The position numbers were made by a program, and so were the translations under genes. A DNA stretch of 29,281 bases from the IMG/VR virus record IMGVR_UViG_3300035445_000156, positions 62,001 through 91,281 of that record; one strand, given 5' to 3'. Numbering within the stretch: position 1 is the stretch's first letter; each line of letters opens with the position of its first letter. Positions 1 to 8,304 of the stretch are shown here, piece by piece. This DNA comes from an uncultured virus (IMG/VR IMGVR_UViG_3300035445_000156). Taxonomy: Duplodnaviria > Heunggongvirae > Uroviricota > Caudoviricetes. The notes below the pieces were generated by a model that saw only the letters and a program-made list of their open reading frames with translations, was not told where the DNA came from and did no database searches.

Positions 1-1
1 G

Positions 2-118
2 GTGCCGAGGGGCGCGGACGTCGAGCCGCCGCCGGTCCTCTCGGCGGGCAGCGTGCGGGGCGCGCTGGAGGCCCGGGAGCGGGCGAGGCGGCGGGCGGCG
101 GAGAAGGCGAGGGCGTGA
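2..118 (+). CDS. 3' end of a hypothetical gene truncated by the window start
   Basis: Frame from base 2 is open with GC3-rich codons to TGA at 116-118, which overlaps the next start (GTGA). Confidence 0.5.
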   Translation: MPRGADVEPPPVLSAGSVRGALEARERARRRAAEKARA

Positions 119-795
119 TGGAGCGAGAAAGCCAGAAGAAGTTCACGTACGTCGACCTGGTCGACCGGGCGCGCGTGATGATCCTGATGCTCGTCGACGC
201 GGCGGCGTTCGGCGAGTTGGTCGAGGCCGACCTGGTCGGGGACGCGGTGAGGGACGCGATCGCCGAGCTGCGAGACGCGGGCGAGATCGAGCAGGCGTCG
301 GGGCCGAGCGACCGGCAGGCGGGCTACGGTTTCGGGCAGCACCGCGCGACGCGCGCTCGGTGGGCGCGCAGGTTGGCCGAGTACGCGCTGGAGTTCGAGG
401 AGAGCTCGCCGGGGCCGGACGTCGACGCGCTCGCGGAGCGATTCGACGAGTTGCTGGGCGGGCGACCGGTCGCCGGGGGTGAGCGGCACCCGTGCACTCG
501 GCGCGACCGAGACGGGCCGCCTCTACCGCCGACGACCCGCGACAGCGCGCCCGCCGACATCGACCGCGAGCTCGCCGATGAACTCTCGTTGCTCGTGCGC
601 GACTGCTTCTCCCCCGTCAAGGGATGGGATTCGCGGCGCGTGTCGATCCGCGAGAGGGCGATCCACATCTACCGGCGCTTTCGGGCTCTCGGCCGACTCC
701 CTCCCGAGGCGGTCGCGCTGCTCGACTTCGTGCACGCGGAGTTGTTGAAGGAGGCCGTCCCGCCCCGCGGCGGGCAGCCGGTCCCGCACGCGTGA
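115..795 (+). CDS. hypothetical protein
   Basis: 226-aa ORF with GC3-biased codons and GTGA overlaps at both ends. Confidence 0.65.
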   Translation: MMERESQKKFTYVDLVDRARVMILMLVDAAAFGELVEADLVGDAVRDAIAELRDAGEIEQASGPSDRQAGYGFGQHRATRARWARRLAEYALEFEESSPGPDVDALAERFDELLGGRPVAGGERHPCTRRDRDGPPLPPTTRDSAPADIDRELADELSLLVRDCFSPVKGWDSRRVSIRERAIHIYRRFRALGRLPPEAVALLDFVHAELLKEAVPPRGGQPVPHA

Positions 796-1013
796 GGGTC
801 CGCCCCTTCGCCGCGCGCTGCTTCCGGCTCGATCACGTCCAGGCGATCGTCCGGCTGCCGTGCTCGGGCTGCGGCGTGGGGACTGAGGTGCTCGTGCACC
901 TGGCGGACTGCCGGGACGACGACGAGCGGGAGGCGAGGCTGGAGGGGGCATTCGAGAACCCGAGGTGCGCCGCGTGCGCCGGGAGAGGAGCGTTCCGTGA
1001 GGGTCAGGTCTGA
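792..1013 (+). CDS. small putative zinc-ribbon protein
   Basis: GTG at 792 overlaps the upstream stop; the product has CSGC and CAAC pairs. Confidence 0.55.
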   Translation: MRVRPFAARCFRLDHVQAIVRLPCSGCGVGTEVLVHLADCRDDDEREARLEGAFENPRCAACAGRGAFREGQV

Positions 1014-1596
1014 GGTCAGGCGGGCGGCGGCCGTGCCGGTCGTCCCTCCGTCGGAGGTGACGGGGGCGCGGGCCGACCGACTGCTGGAGGTCGCGGGGGT
1101 CAGGGACGAGCACCTCGTCCTGCTCGTGGACGGCGGGGAGGCGCTCGCGGGCGCGTTCCTCCGGGCGCATCGCCTCCGGATCGACCGGCGCCGGAGGAGT
1201 CCCCCGAACACGGGCCCGGGGCTGCACGTCATCGAGACCTCCGAGGGGCCGCGCGCCGCCGTGTGGCGGATGTTCGACGAGGCGTGGCCCCCCGGGGCGA
1301 TGGAGGGGCGCGTGCTCGGCGACCCGCCCGAGCGGTTCCCGGCGGTCGTCTCTGGCGGCTTCGACCGGGTGGTCGTCTGCGCCGGTCACCTCGACCCGGA
1401 GCGGGCCGCGAGGCGGGTCCTCTGCTGCTACTTCCTGCTCGGGCCGGGCGGCCGGCTCGTCGCGTCGCTCGACCGGGTCGCGCTCGACGCGGATGGCGGC
1501 CGGCTCGCGCGCTGGGTCGACATGCAGGGCGGCGAGTACCACGCGCCGGACGGGACGCTCGACTCGCCCGCCCGGGTCGTCGCGGTCGACCGGTGA
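997..1596 (+). CDS. hypothetical protein
   Basis: 199-aa ORF with coding-like codon usage, chained to its neighbours. Confidence 0.6.
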   Translation: MRVRSEVRRAAAVPVVPPSEVTGARADRLLEVAGVRDEHLVLLVDGGEALAGAFLRAHRLRIDRRRRSPPNTGPGLHVIETSEGPRAAVWRMFDEAWPPGAMEGRVLGDPPERFPAVVSGGFDRVVVCAGHLDPERAARRVLCCYFLLGPGGRLVASLDRVALDADGGRLARWVDMQGGEYHAPDGTLDSPARVVAVDR

Positions 1597-1825
1597 TACC
1601 GGGACAGGACGTGCGGCCCCGGGGGTCGTCGAGTACGACGTCCCGGATCGGGACACGGGCGAGCCGACGACGATCCGCTTCATGGCGTGCTTCCCCCTCC
1701 CTGCCGTCGAGGTCGCGGCCGCTCGCCCCGACCTGTTCGTCGCGTTCGTCCGTCGCGCGCTGCACGTCGGCGGGGTCAGGGTCTTCGACCCGCACGCGTG
1801 CGAGCCGGCATCATCCGGGGCATGA
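1593..1825 (+). pseudogene. small hypothetical gene apparently frameshifted near 1617-1625
   Basis: The coupled GTG at 1593 is in a different frame from the coding-like stretch GVVEYDVPDRDTG..., which ends at 1825. One extra base in the CCCC/GGGGG run joins them. Confidence 0.35.
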
Positions 1826-2313
1826 GCGAGGGTGAATCGCGGTTCGTGCGGCTGATCCGGGAGATCCGGGAGACGGACTCGGTCGAGGGCGCGGCGCGGG
1901 AGATCGCGTCGCTGTCGGGGCCGGAGGCGGCCCGACTGACCTGCGACCTGTGCGCGCTGCTGGCCCCGTACCTGGTCGGCAGACTGCACGCGGAGATCGT
2001 CGCGGTCGCGTCGCGGTCGACCGGCGCTCAGGGCCCCGCGACGGACCTGACCCCGCTCTCTCCCTGGACGGCCGTCGACGCGGGTCCGGACAAGCCGGAC
2101 TGCCAGGTCGTCCTCGACGCGCGCGGGCGAGTCGTCGCCCGCGTCTGGCAGGACCACTCGGCGGTCGGGTGCCTGCCCTGGCGCTACCAGGTGTTCGGCC
2201 TCGAGCCCTTCGCCGCGCCCCGAGCGCAGATGGCCCGCGCCGGCGCGACCGAGCTCCTCTCCGGCGCGCTCTCGTGGCTCAAGGGGCGGCCGTTCCCGGA
2301 TGACCGAGCGTAA
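1822..2313 (+). CDS. hypothetical protein
   Basis: ATG at 1822 is preceded by CATCAT-N7 and overlaps the upstream stop; GC3-rich codons. Confidence 0.65.
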   Translation: MSEGESRFVRLIREIRETDSVEGAAREIASLSGPEAARLTCDLCALLAPYLVGRLHAEIVAVASRSTGAQGPATDLTPLSPWTAVDAGPDKPDCQVVLDARGRVVARVWQDHSAVGCLPWRYQVFGLEPFAAPRAQMARAGATELLSGALSWLKGRPFPDDRA

Positions 2314-2406
2314 GGCGCTCGGCAACGCGGTCCCGTACGAGATGGGCCGCGCCCTCGCGAGGACCGTCCGGCGCGCGATCGGGCTGCCGATCGTCTCGAG
2401 GGGCGC

Positions 2407-4290
2407 GTGAGGGTCCGCGAGCAGAGCCCCGACATGGGTCAAGATGACGGAGCCGTATCGCGCGCCGAGTTGGCCAGGGACAGGGCGCTCGTGGACGCCG
2501 TCCTGCGCCGCGCGGCGCTCGCCCGGACGAGCCCGAAGGTCGGCTTCTCGTTCGTCATGCGGGAGGAGCACGGCGAGCGCAGGCGCATCACGACGCTGCC
2601 CCACCAGCGGGTGATGATCGACTTCCTGGCACAGCACGACCGGGCCAACCTGCGCGCCTTCGTCGGCAGCTCCAAGACGTTCGTCCTGACCTACCTCGTC
2701 TTGACCCTGCTCGGCGCCGACCCGACCGCTCGCGGCGCGATCCTGAGCGCGACGCAGGACCAGGCGAAGAAGCCCCTGCGGCTCGTCTCGCAGTTCATCG
2801 AGAACCCCGACAACGCCTTCCCGGAGCTCGCGCTCGTCTACCCGCGCCTCCGGCCGACGCGGCGCAAGAGCGAGCCGTGGACGCAGGCGGAGATCGTGGT
2901 CGACCGGCCGGCGGGCATCCGCGACCCGAGCCTCGTCGCGGTCGGGATGGACACGGGCTCGCTCCCCGGGTCGCGCCTGTCATTCATCGTCCTCGACGAC
3001 GTCCTGAACGAGGCGAACACGCGGACGCCCGAGGCGCGGAAGAAGGTCCTCTCGTTCCTGCTCTCGACCGTGTTCACGCGCGAGGACATCCGGAACACGA
3101 AGATCTGGAACGCGACGCAGCCGTGGCACCCGGAGGACGTGACCTACGTGCTGCAGAAGTCGGGCTGGCCGACGCTGGAGATGGACGTGTGGGGCAACGT
3201 CGGGATCTGGGGCGCGCCCGACTTCGACACGGACGACATCCGGCCGGCGGCGCGGCGCGAGGGCCCGTATCACCGGCTCACCGCGCACGACTCGGCCGAG
3301 CACGGCGCGCCGCTCACGGTCGCCTACCCGGACGGGACGCGCGAGCTCGCGCGCGTCGGGCCGGTCGAGATAACACCGGTGTTATCTCCGGGACAAACCG
3401 CCGCGGGCGCCCGCCTCGAGCACTTCGACCTGGAGGAGGTCGTCCCGCTCTGGCCCGGGAAGTTCGGGCACGCGGAGATCCCGGGCATCCGGCAGAAGTT
3501 CGCGGCGCTGCCCGGCAAGTTCGCGCAGGCGTACGAGATGAACCCGCGCGATGACGAGCAGGCCGCGTGCAAGCAGGCGTGGGTGGACGCCTGCAAGGCG
3601 AACGGGCTCGCCATGGGACACCGGCGGATGGTCTCCCGCTACGACGGGCCGAACCTCACGGTGACGGGCGTCGACCTCGCGGTCGGCAAGAAGGCCGGCA
3701 GCGGCAAGACGAGCCTCTTCACGTACGAACTCCTGCCGACAGGCAAACGGAAGATCCTCAACATCCAGATCGGGCGCTGGTCGGGCCGGGAGATCGTGAC
3801 GCGCGTCCGAAACACGGAGCGCGACTTCAAGTCGATTGAACGGGTCGAATCCAACGCGGCTCAGGACTACCTGCGGCAGTGGGCGCTCGACGAGGAGGAC
3901 CTGCAGCGGGAGGAGCGGCGCGAGGCGCGCCGGCGCGCGGGGCAGGCGGCCAACACCGCTCCCCCCGAGCCCGCGTCGCTCCCGCTCATCCGCGCGCACT
4001 TCACGGGCCGGGAGAAGCACGACCCGACCTACGGCGTGCAGGGCGTCTTCATCGCGATGGAGAACGCGGTCTGGGTCATCCCCTGCGAGGACGACGGCAG
4101 CGTGCAGCCCGAGGTCCAGCAGTGGGTAGAGGACTGCCTCTACTTCCGGCCCGGCGCGCACACGGGCGACGTGCTCATGAGCTGCTGGCTCGCCTGCGAG
4201 CAGGAGCGCGAGGTCACGCGCGGGCGGGGCAGGCCGGACCCGGACGGCGAGCAGCAGCAGAGCGTCGCGGCCGCGCTGCTCTCCCGCTGA
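2407..4290 (+). CDS. terL: terminase large subunit
   Basis: Q-motif-like LPHQ, deviant Walker A (RAFVGSSKT), Walker B (GSRLSFIVLDD), PLWP linker, and RNase H-like nuclease motifs GVDLA, VESNAAQ and HTGDVLMS. An alternative start is ATG 2434. Confidence 0.9.
   Translation: MRVREQSPDMGQDDGAVSRAELARDRALVDAVLRRAALARTSPKVGFSFVMREEHGERRRITTLPHQRVMIDFLAQHDRANLRAFVGSSKTFVLTYLVLTLLGADPTARGAILSATQDQAKKPLRLVSQFIENPDNAFPELALVYPRLRPTRRKSEPWTQAEIVVDRPAGIRDPSLVAVGMDTGSLPGSRLSFIVLDDVLNEANTRTPEARKKVLSFLLSTVFTREDIRNTKIWNATQPWHPEDVTYVLQKSGWPTLEMDVWGNVGIWGAPDFDTDDIRPAARREGPYHRLTAHDSAEHGAPLTVAYPDGTRELARVGPVEITPVLSPGQTAAGARLEHFDLEEVVPLWPGKFGHAEIPGIRQKFAALPGKFAQAYEMNPRDDEQAACKQAWVDACKANGLAMGHRRMVSRYDGPNLTVTGVDLAVGKKAGSGKTSLFTYELLPTGKRKILNIQIGRWSGREIVTRVRNTERDFKSIERVESNAAQDYLRQWALDEEDLQREERREARRRAGQAANTAPPEPASLPLIRAHFTGREKHDPTYGVQGVFIAMENAVWVIPCEDDGSVQPEVQQWVEDCLYFRPGAHTGDVLMSCWLACEQEREVTRGRGRPDPDGEQQQSVAAALLSR
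3367..3399 (+). repeat. 33-bp palindromic dispersed element, copy 1 (inside terL)
   Basis: GAGATAACACCGGTGTTATCTCCGGGACAAACC, read in frame as EITPVLSPGQT. Confidence 0.97.
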
Positions 4291-4559
4291 GCATCATCCG
4301 ACGACGAATGAATCCCTATCGCACATCGCCGTGTCCGATCGAACGACGCGGACATGCACGCGGTCTTGGCTTGTTCGCGCTCTTCTTCGCGGCAATGGGC
4401 GTCCAGATGGTTGACTCCTATCCTGCAGAAGCGTGGACGCTGAGCGGCGGAGCGGGCTGCCTGATCGGGAGCTGCATCAGCGCGGCGTACTTGTGGTTTG
4501 CATGGGTGCTCCTCCGGGGGACGGTGCGATCATGAGCGTCACCTGCTGAGCATCATCCG
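4286..4559 (+). repeat. 15-bp direct repeats GCTGAGCATCATCCG (4286-4300 and 4545-4559) flanking a small gene
   Basis: Exact match read from the sequence. Confidence 0.85.
4308..4535 (+). CDS. small membrane protein (two hydrophobic segments)
   Basis: MNPYR... 75-aa ORF with hydrophobic stretches GLGLFALFFAAMGV and CLIGSCISAAYLWFAWVLL; visibly lower GC. Confidence 0.55.
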   Translation: MNPYRTSPCPIERRGHARGLGLFALFFAAMGVQMVDSYPAEAWTLSGGAGCLIGSCISAAYLWFAWVLLRGTVRS

Positions 4560-4563
4560 GGGC

Positions 4564-5010
4564 ATGCGCGTCCGAGAGGAGAAGTCGATCACGGTGACGA
4601 TGGTGCGACCGAAAGGTAAGGAGCTGCGGATCGAGATCCCGGCGCTCGCCGTCTTCGGCGACTTCGCGGCGACCGAGCGTCTGCGATTGGACGGTGAGAC
4701 CTATTCCGTACTCTCGCGGGAACCGGACGCGCGCGAGTGTCGGATCCTGCCTTCTGGCCGGCGCTCGTCGGTCCCCGAAGGGCATGTCCGGGCGGCGACC
4801 TACGCGGTGACGCACGTGCCGACGGGCCTGCGGGCGATCGACCGGATCCGGACCCGCAAGGCGGCCGTCGAGGCGGCGGAGGCGTGCTCGAAGACGGGCT
4901 TCGACTACTCGCTCCGGGACGACCCGAACCGGAGCGACGAGTGGTCCTCGATGGTCGCGGCGATCGTCGCGGTCAAGCGCGACCTCGAGGCGCGGCGGGC
5001 GACGTTCTGA
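4564..5010 (+). CDS. hypothetical protein
   Basis: ATG 4564 follows CATCAT-N7; contains a YAVTHVPTGL motif of the kind seen in small phage proteins. Confidence 0.65.
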   Translation: MRVREEKSITVTMVRPKGKELRIEIPALAVFGDFAATERLRLDGETYSVLSREPDARECRILPSGRRSSVPEGHVRAATYAVTHVPTGLRAIDRIRTRKAAVEAAEACSKTGFDYSLRDDPNRSDEWSSMVAAIVAVKRDLEARRATF

Positions 5011-5013
5011 CCC

Positions 5014-6072
5014 CTAGCGGCGCGCGGCCGCGGCCATCGCCCGCGCCTCCCTGATCCCCGCCTTGAGCGTCGCCCGCGTCACGAAGCCCTCGATCGCGAC
5101 GTCCTGCTCGACCATCGTCTGCGCGACCGCGCCCCGGATGCCGGTGAGGACGCAGCGCGCCCCGAGCAGCGCGAGGACCCGCGCGAGCTTGACGAAGGCG
5201 TCGACGACGCCGCTGTCCATGACGGGCACGCCGGTCACGTCGACGATGACGACCTCGACGCCCCTCGCCGTCACGGTCGCCGACGCCTGCTCGACTATCT
5301 GCAGCGACCGGGCGCTGTCGAACACGCCGACGATCGGGAGCAGGAGCACCCCTTCGTCGATCTCGATCGCGGGCGTCGACAGTTCGGCTATCGCCCGCTC
5401 CTGCGCGCGGGTCTTGTCGACCAGCGTCTCGAGCCGTTCGTTCGCCTCGACGAGTTCGGTCTCCCTCGCCGCGAGTCGCTCGTTCGTCTCCTGCAGCTCG
5501 GCGACGAGCGCGAGCAGTCGCTCGTTCGCGACCCTCGACGACTCCGCCTCCCGCTCCGCGCTCTCGGCCGACACGCGCGCATCTTCCGCCAGTCGCTCGG
5601 CCCGCGCGGTCTGCTCCCGCAGCTCGACTCCCTGCCGGCCGAGCGCGAGCAGGTCCGGCCGGCGCTTGTGCAGCACGTAGGCGGTCGCGACCGAGACCGC
5701 GCCCCCCGCCGCGTAGAGCTTCACCGCGAGCCAGTAGTAGGGCCAGTAGAGCAGCAGGACGCTCGCGGCGTGCGTCGCGCCGCAGAGGACGATGAACAGG
5801 CCGAAGAGGGTCAGGAGCCGGCCGCCGGGCCGCACGGCAAGCCCGAGATAGACCGCGACGAGCACCACCGGGATCCACGTGTAGGCGGCGGAGAAGGAGC
5901 CGTTCCAGAGGACCCACAATCCCCGGAGCGACTCGTCCTCGGTCGTGCGCAGGCACTCGACGCGCTCGAACCACGGGAACGCGAACCACGTCCAGAGCAC
6001 GAGGGCGGAGAGGACGACCGAGCCGGCGATCTCGAGGCCGAGGGTCGCCGCGGGACGGATGCGCTGCTTCAT
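5014..6072 (-). CDS. membrane sensor: ethylene-receptor-like TM domain + coiled coil + RsbR-like STAS domain
   Basis: TM helices carry AYTWIP, FIVLCGATH and YWL...VSVATA; a heptad-rich linker follows; the C-terminus has ELSTPAIEI...LLPIVGVFDSAR...VDVTGVPVMDS...LLGARCVLTGI, typical of RsbR/STAS. Confidence 0.9.
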   Translation of the reverse strand: MKQRIRPAATLGLEIAGSVVLSALVLWTWFAFPWFERVECLRTTEDESLRGLWVLWNGSFSAAYTWIPVVLVAVYLGLAVRPGGRLLTLFGLFIVLCGATHAASVLLLYWPYYWLAVKLYAAGGAVSVATAYVLHKRRPDLLALGRQGVELREQTARAERLAEDARVSAESAEREAESSRVANERLLALVAELQETNERLAARETELVEANERLETLVDKTRAQERAIAELSTPAIEIDEGVLLLPIVGVFDSARSLQIVEQASATVTARGVEVVIVDVTGVPVMDSGVVDAFVKLARVLALLGARCVLTGIRGAVAQTMVEQDVAIEGFVTRATLKAGIREARAMAAAARR

Positions 6073-6092
6073 GGCCGCGCATCATCCGGCGT

Positions 6093-6653
6093 ATGAGCCA
6101 ACGACCGATCGACCCGGAAGCAGAAGGATTCATCGATTCGATACCGGCGGAGACGGCGAGATACGTGTCCGCGGCGAAGAAGATCGATCTGACGTGCGGG
6201 GGCTTGCTCCTGCAGGACTCCCGGGAGCTCCTCCGCGGGGACGCGGGCGGCGAGATAACACCGGTGTTATCTCCGGGACAAACCGAACGGCCGAACGATC
6301 TGCTCGGCAAAACGGTCCTGCACGGACCGAGCGGTGTCGTCGGATCCGTACGTCGGATCTACGGGCCGGGCGAGTACCTGGTCAAGCCGAAAGGCGTCGA
6401 GACGAGCGGCCGGCCGGTGAGCGAGTCGGTCGTCGAGCTCGAGGACGGCAACGCCTTCCTCTTCCGGTCGGGCGCGTTCACGGTGCTGGAGGCGCCGGAG
6501 CTGCGACTCTGGAAGCTCGCCGGCCTGGCAGTCCGGGAGGCAGCGGAGAACATTGTCGGGGCCGGCGCCGCCTTCAGGGTCACCCCCGAGACGACGACCG
6601 CGATCTTGAAGGCGGCGCTCTCCGCGCAGCTCCGGACTCTCTCGCTCGACTGA
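6093..6653 (+). CDS. hypothetical protein
   Basis: ATG follows CATCAT-N7; 186-aa ORF containing element copy 2 in frame. Confidence 0.65.
   Translation: MSQRPIDPEAEGFIDSIPAETARYVSAAKKIDLTCGGLLLQDSRELLRGDAGGEITPVLSPGQTERPNDLLGKTVLHGPSGVVGSVRRIYGPGEYLVKPKGVETSGRPVSESVVELEDGNAFLFRSGAFTVLEAPELRLWKLAGLAVREAAENIVGAGAAFRVTPETTTAILKAALSAQLRTLSLD
6252..6284 (+). repeat. 33-bp palindromic dispersed element, copy 2
   Basis: Identical to copy 1. Confidence 0.97.
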
Positions 6654-6681
6654 GGCGTTCGGGCGCTGATACCGTCCCGCC

Positions 6682-8304
6682 ATGGCGGGATCCGGCGACC
6701 GGGTGATGGTGCTGAACACGCGCGAGCGGCTGGTCAGCACGGACCACAACAGGCTGCAGCAGTTCAAGGGGGCGGACACCGCGAGCGTGCTCGCGCGGCT
6801 CCTGCTCTCCTCCGACGACGAGGACATCGGTTCCGGCGAGGAGGCGCTCGTCTCGAGCGTGACCGACCCGCTCACGGCGGCGGTCCTCGACGGGATCCGG
6901 TTCATGCCGCTGAACGGCACGGTCGACGCGCTCGTGTCCTCGGGCGTCGTCGCGCTGGCCGACCCGGACGGCGCCCCCTCCGCGGACGACGTGCCGTGGA
7001 AGTGGGTCGTCGACCCCGGGATCACCGCGACCGGGACGCTCGTCATGACGCCCGGCGCGGGCGCGACCCGGGTAGACGTGGTCGAGTTCTCCCGCACGGT
7101 CGAGGACCAGGAGTTCGACAACCGGGACGTCTTCGACCCGAGCACCGGCCTGTTCACGCCGGTCAACGTCGTCAAGGTCCGGCGCGGCCGGCTCGCCTAC
7201 CGGATCAGGACGGGCACGCCGGCCGCAGGCTTCCCGGGCACGGCGTCGGGGTGGTGCCCGATCGCGGTCTGCTCGGTCCCCGCCGCCGCCGCGAGCTGGG
7301 ACGTCGTCCAGATCTGGGACGTGCGCCCCCTCGCGCGCGACCGGGTGAACTCGCCCTTCGCCTCGAGCGCGCGCTGGGCGCGCCGGCGCTCGGGCCACCT
7401 GTCGACCGACATCAGCGTGCCGCTGAACGTCAAGGTCTCGGGCAAGGTCGACACGAGCCTCGGGCCGTGGCGCGCGGGCGGGCGGGTCGGCGTGACCGCG
7501 CTCGGGGCGGAGCCGACCGGGTTCTTCGACGTCCGGTCGCCCGCGAACCAGGAGGTCGGCTTCACGGGGTTCGGCGCGAACGGGCCGAACGGCTACTACT
7601 CCGTCTACTTCGTCTTCCCCTTCGGCCTGCCGCGGTGGATGCGCTACTCGGACTTCACCTCGGGCGCCCGGGTGCCGGTCGGCACGCGCGGGATCATGAG
7701 CGTGTCGATGAGCCTGCCGAACTTCAACGGCCGGCCGGTAGCAGCGGTCACGACGCCCGCCTCGACGGGACTGCTCGACCCCGGGACGAACGTGTACGCG
7801 ACGCTCGCCTGGACCGCGAGGACGGCGGTCGGCGTCCCGTTCGGCGTCGTCGAGGACGGCGACTGGACGAGTCAGGTCAACTTCAACCTGCCCCCTGTCG
7901 CACCGTCGACCGTCTCCGACCCGTCCTACATCGAGTGGACGGTCACGACGACGAACGACTTCCCCGGCAACGCCCGGGCGGTACACCTCTACTTGTCGGC
8001 CGACTTCACGGTCGTCGCCGCGGCGGATAAGGCGGCCGGGCTGATCACGGTCTCGGAGGTGGGCGACGGCAGGACGCCCCTCGCGGGCGCCGTCCTGAAC
8101 GCCTCGTTCACGCCGCTCGTGACGGGCGTGAACCAGTCGACGGTGATCTCGGTCATGATCCCGTTGACTTTCGCGACGGTCGCGGGGAACGAGTTCGCGG
8201 GCGGCAACCGGACCTACCTGGTCCGGTGGCAGTATCTCGGCGCGGTCGGCACGACGAGCGCGAACCAAGGGCTGCTCGTGCTGGCGTGGCGGCTCGGCCC
8301 GTGA
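6682..8304 (+). CDS. putative virion structural protein (tail fibre/baseplate-like)
   Basis: 540-aa ORF rich in G/T/S/V/P with beta-rich character; TACCGT-N6 before the ATG. The function is an inference. Confidence 0.5.
   Translation: MAGSGDRVMVLNTRERLVSTDHNRLQQFKGADTASVLARLLLSSDDEDIGSGEEALVSSVTDPLTAAVLDGIRFMPLNGTVDALVSSGVVALADPDGAPSADDVPWKWVVDPGITATGTLVMTPGAGATRVDVVEFSRTVEDQEFDNRDVFDPSTGLFTPVNVVKVRRGRLAYRIRTGTPAAGFPGTASGWCPIAVCSVPAAAASWDVVQIWDVRPLARDRVNSPFASSARWARRRSGHLSTDISVPLNVKVSGKVDTSLGPWRAGGRVGVTALGAEPTGFFDVRSPANQEVGFTGFGANGPNGYYSVYFVFPFGLPRWMRYSDFTSGARVPVGTRGIMSVSMSLPNFNGRPVAAVTTPASTGLLDPGTNVYATLAWTARTAVGVPFGVVEDGDWTSQVNFNLPPVAPSTVSDPSYIEWTVTTTNDFPGNARAVHLYLSADFTVVAAADKAAGLITVSEVGDGRTPLAGAVLNASFTPLVTGVNQSTVISVMIPLTFATVAGNEFAGGNRTYLVRWQYLGAVGTTSANQGLLVLAWRLGP

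Noticed and set aside
523..2637. 704-aa minus-strand ORF (likewise 6580-8268, 11502-13322, 23752-25605, 26406-28907)
   Set aside because: Antisense shadows of real plus-strand genes in high-GC DNA; Arg/Pro-rich with no motifs.
3241..3450. Intein in the terminase
   Set aside because: No C/S...HN splice motifs or endonuclease motifs, and the segment is too short.
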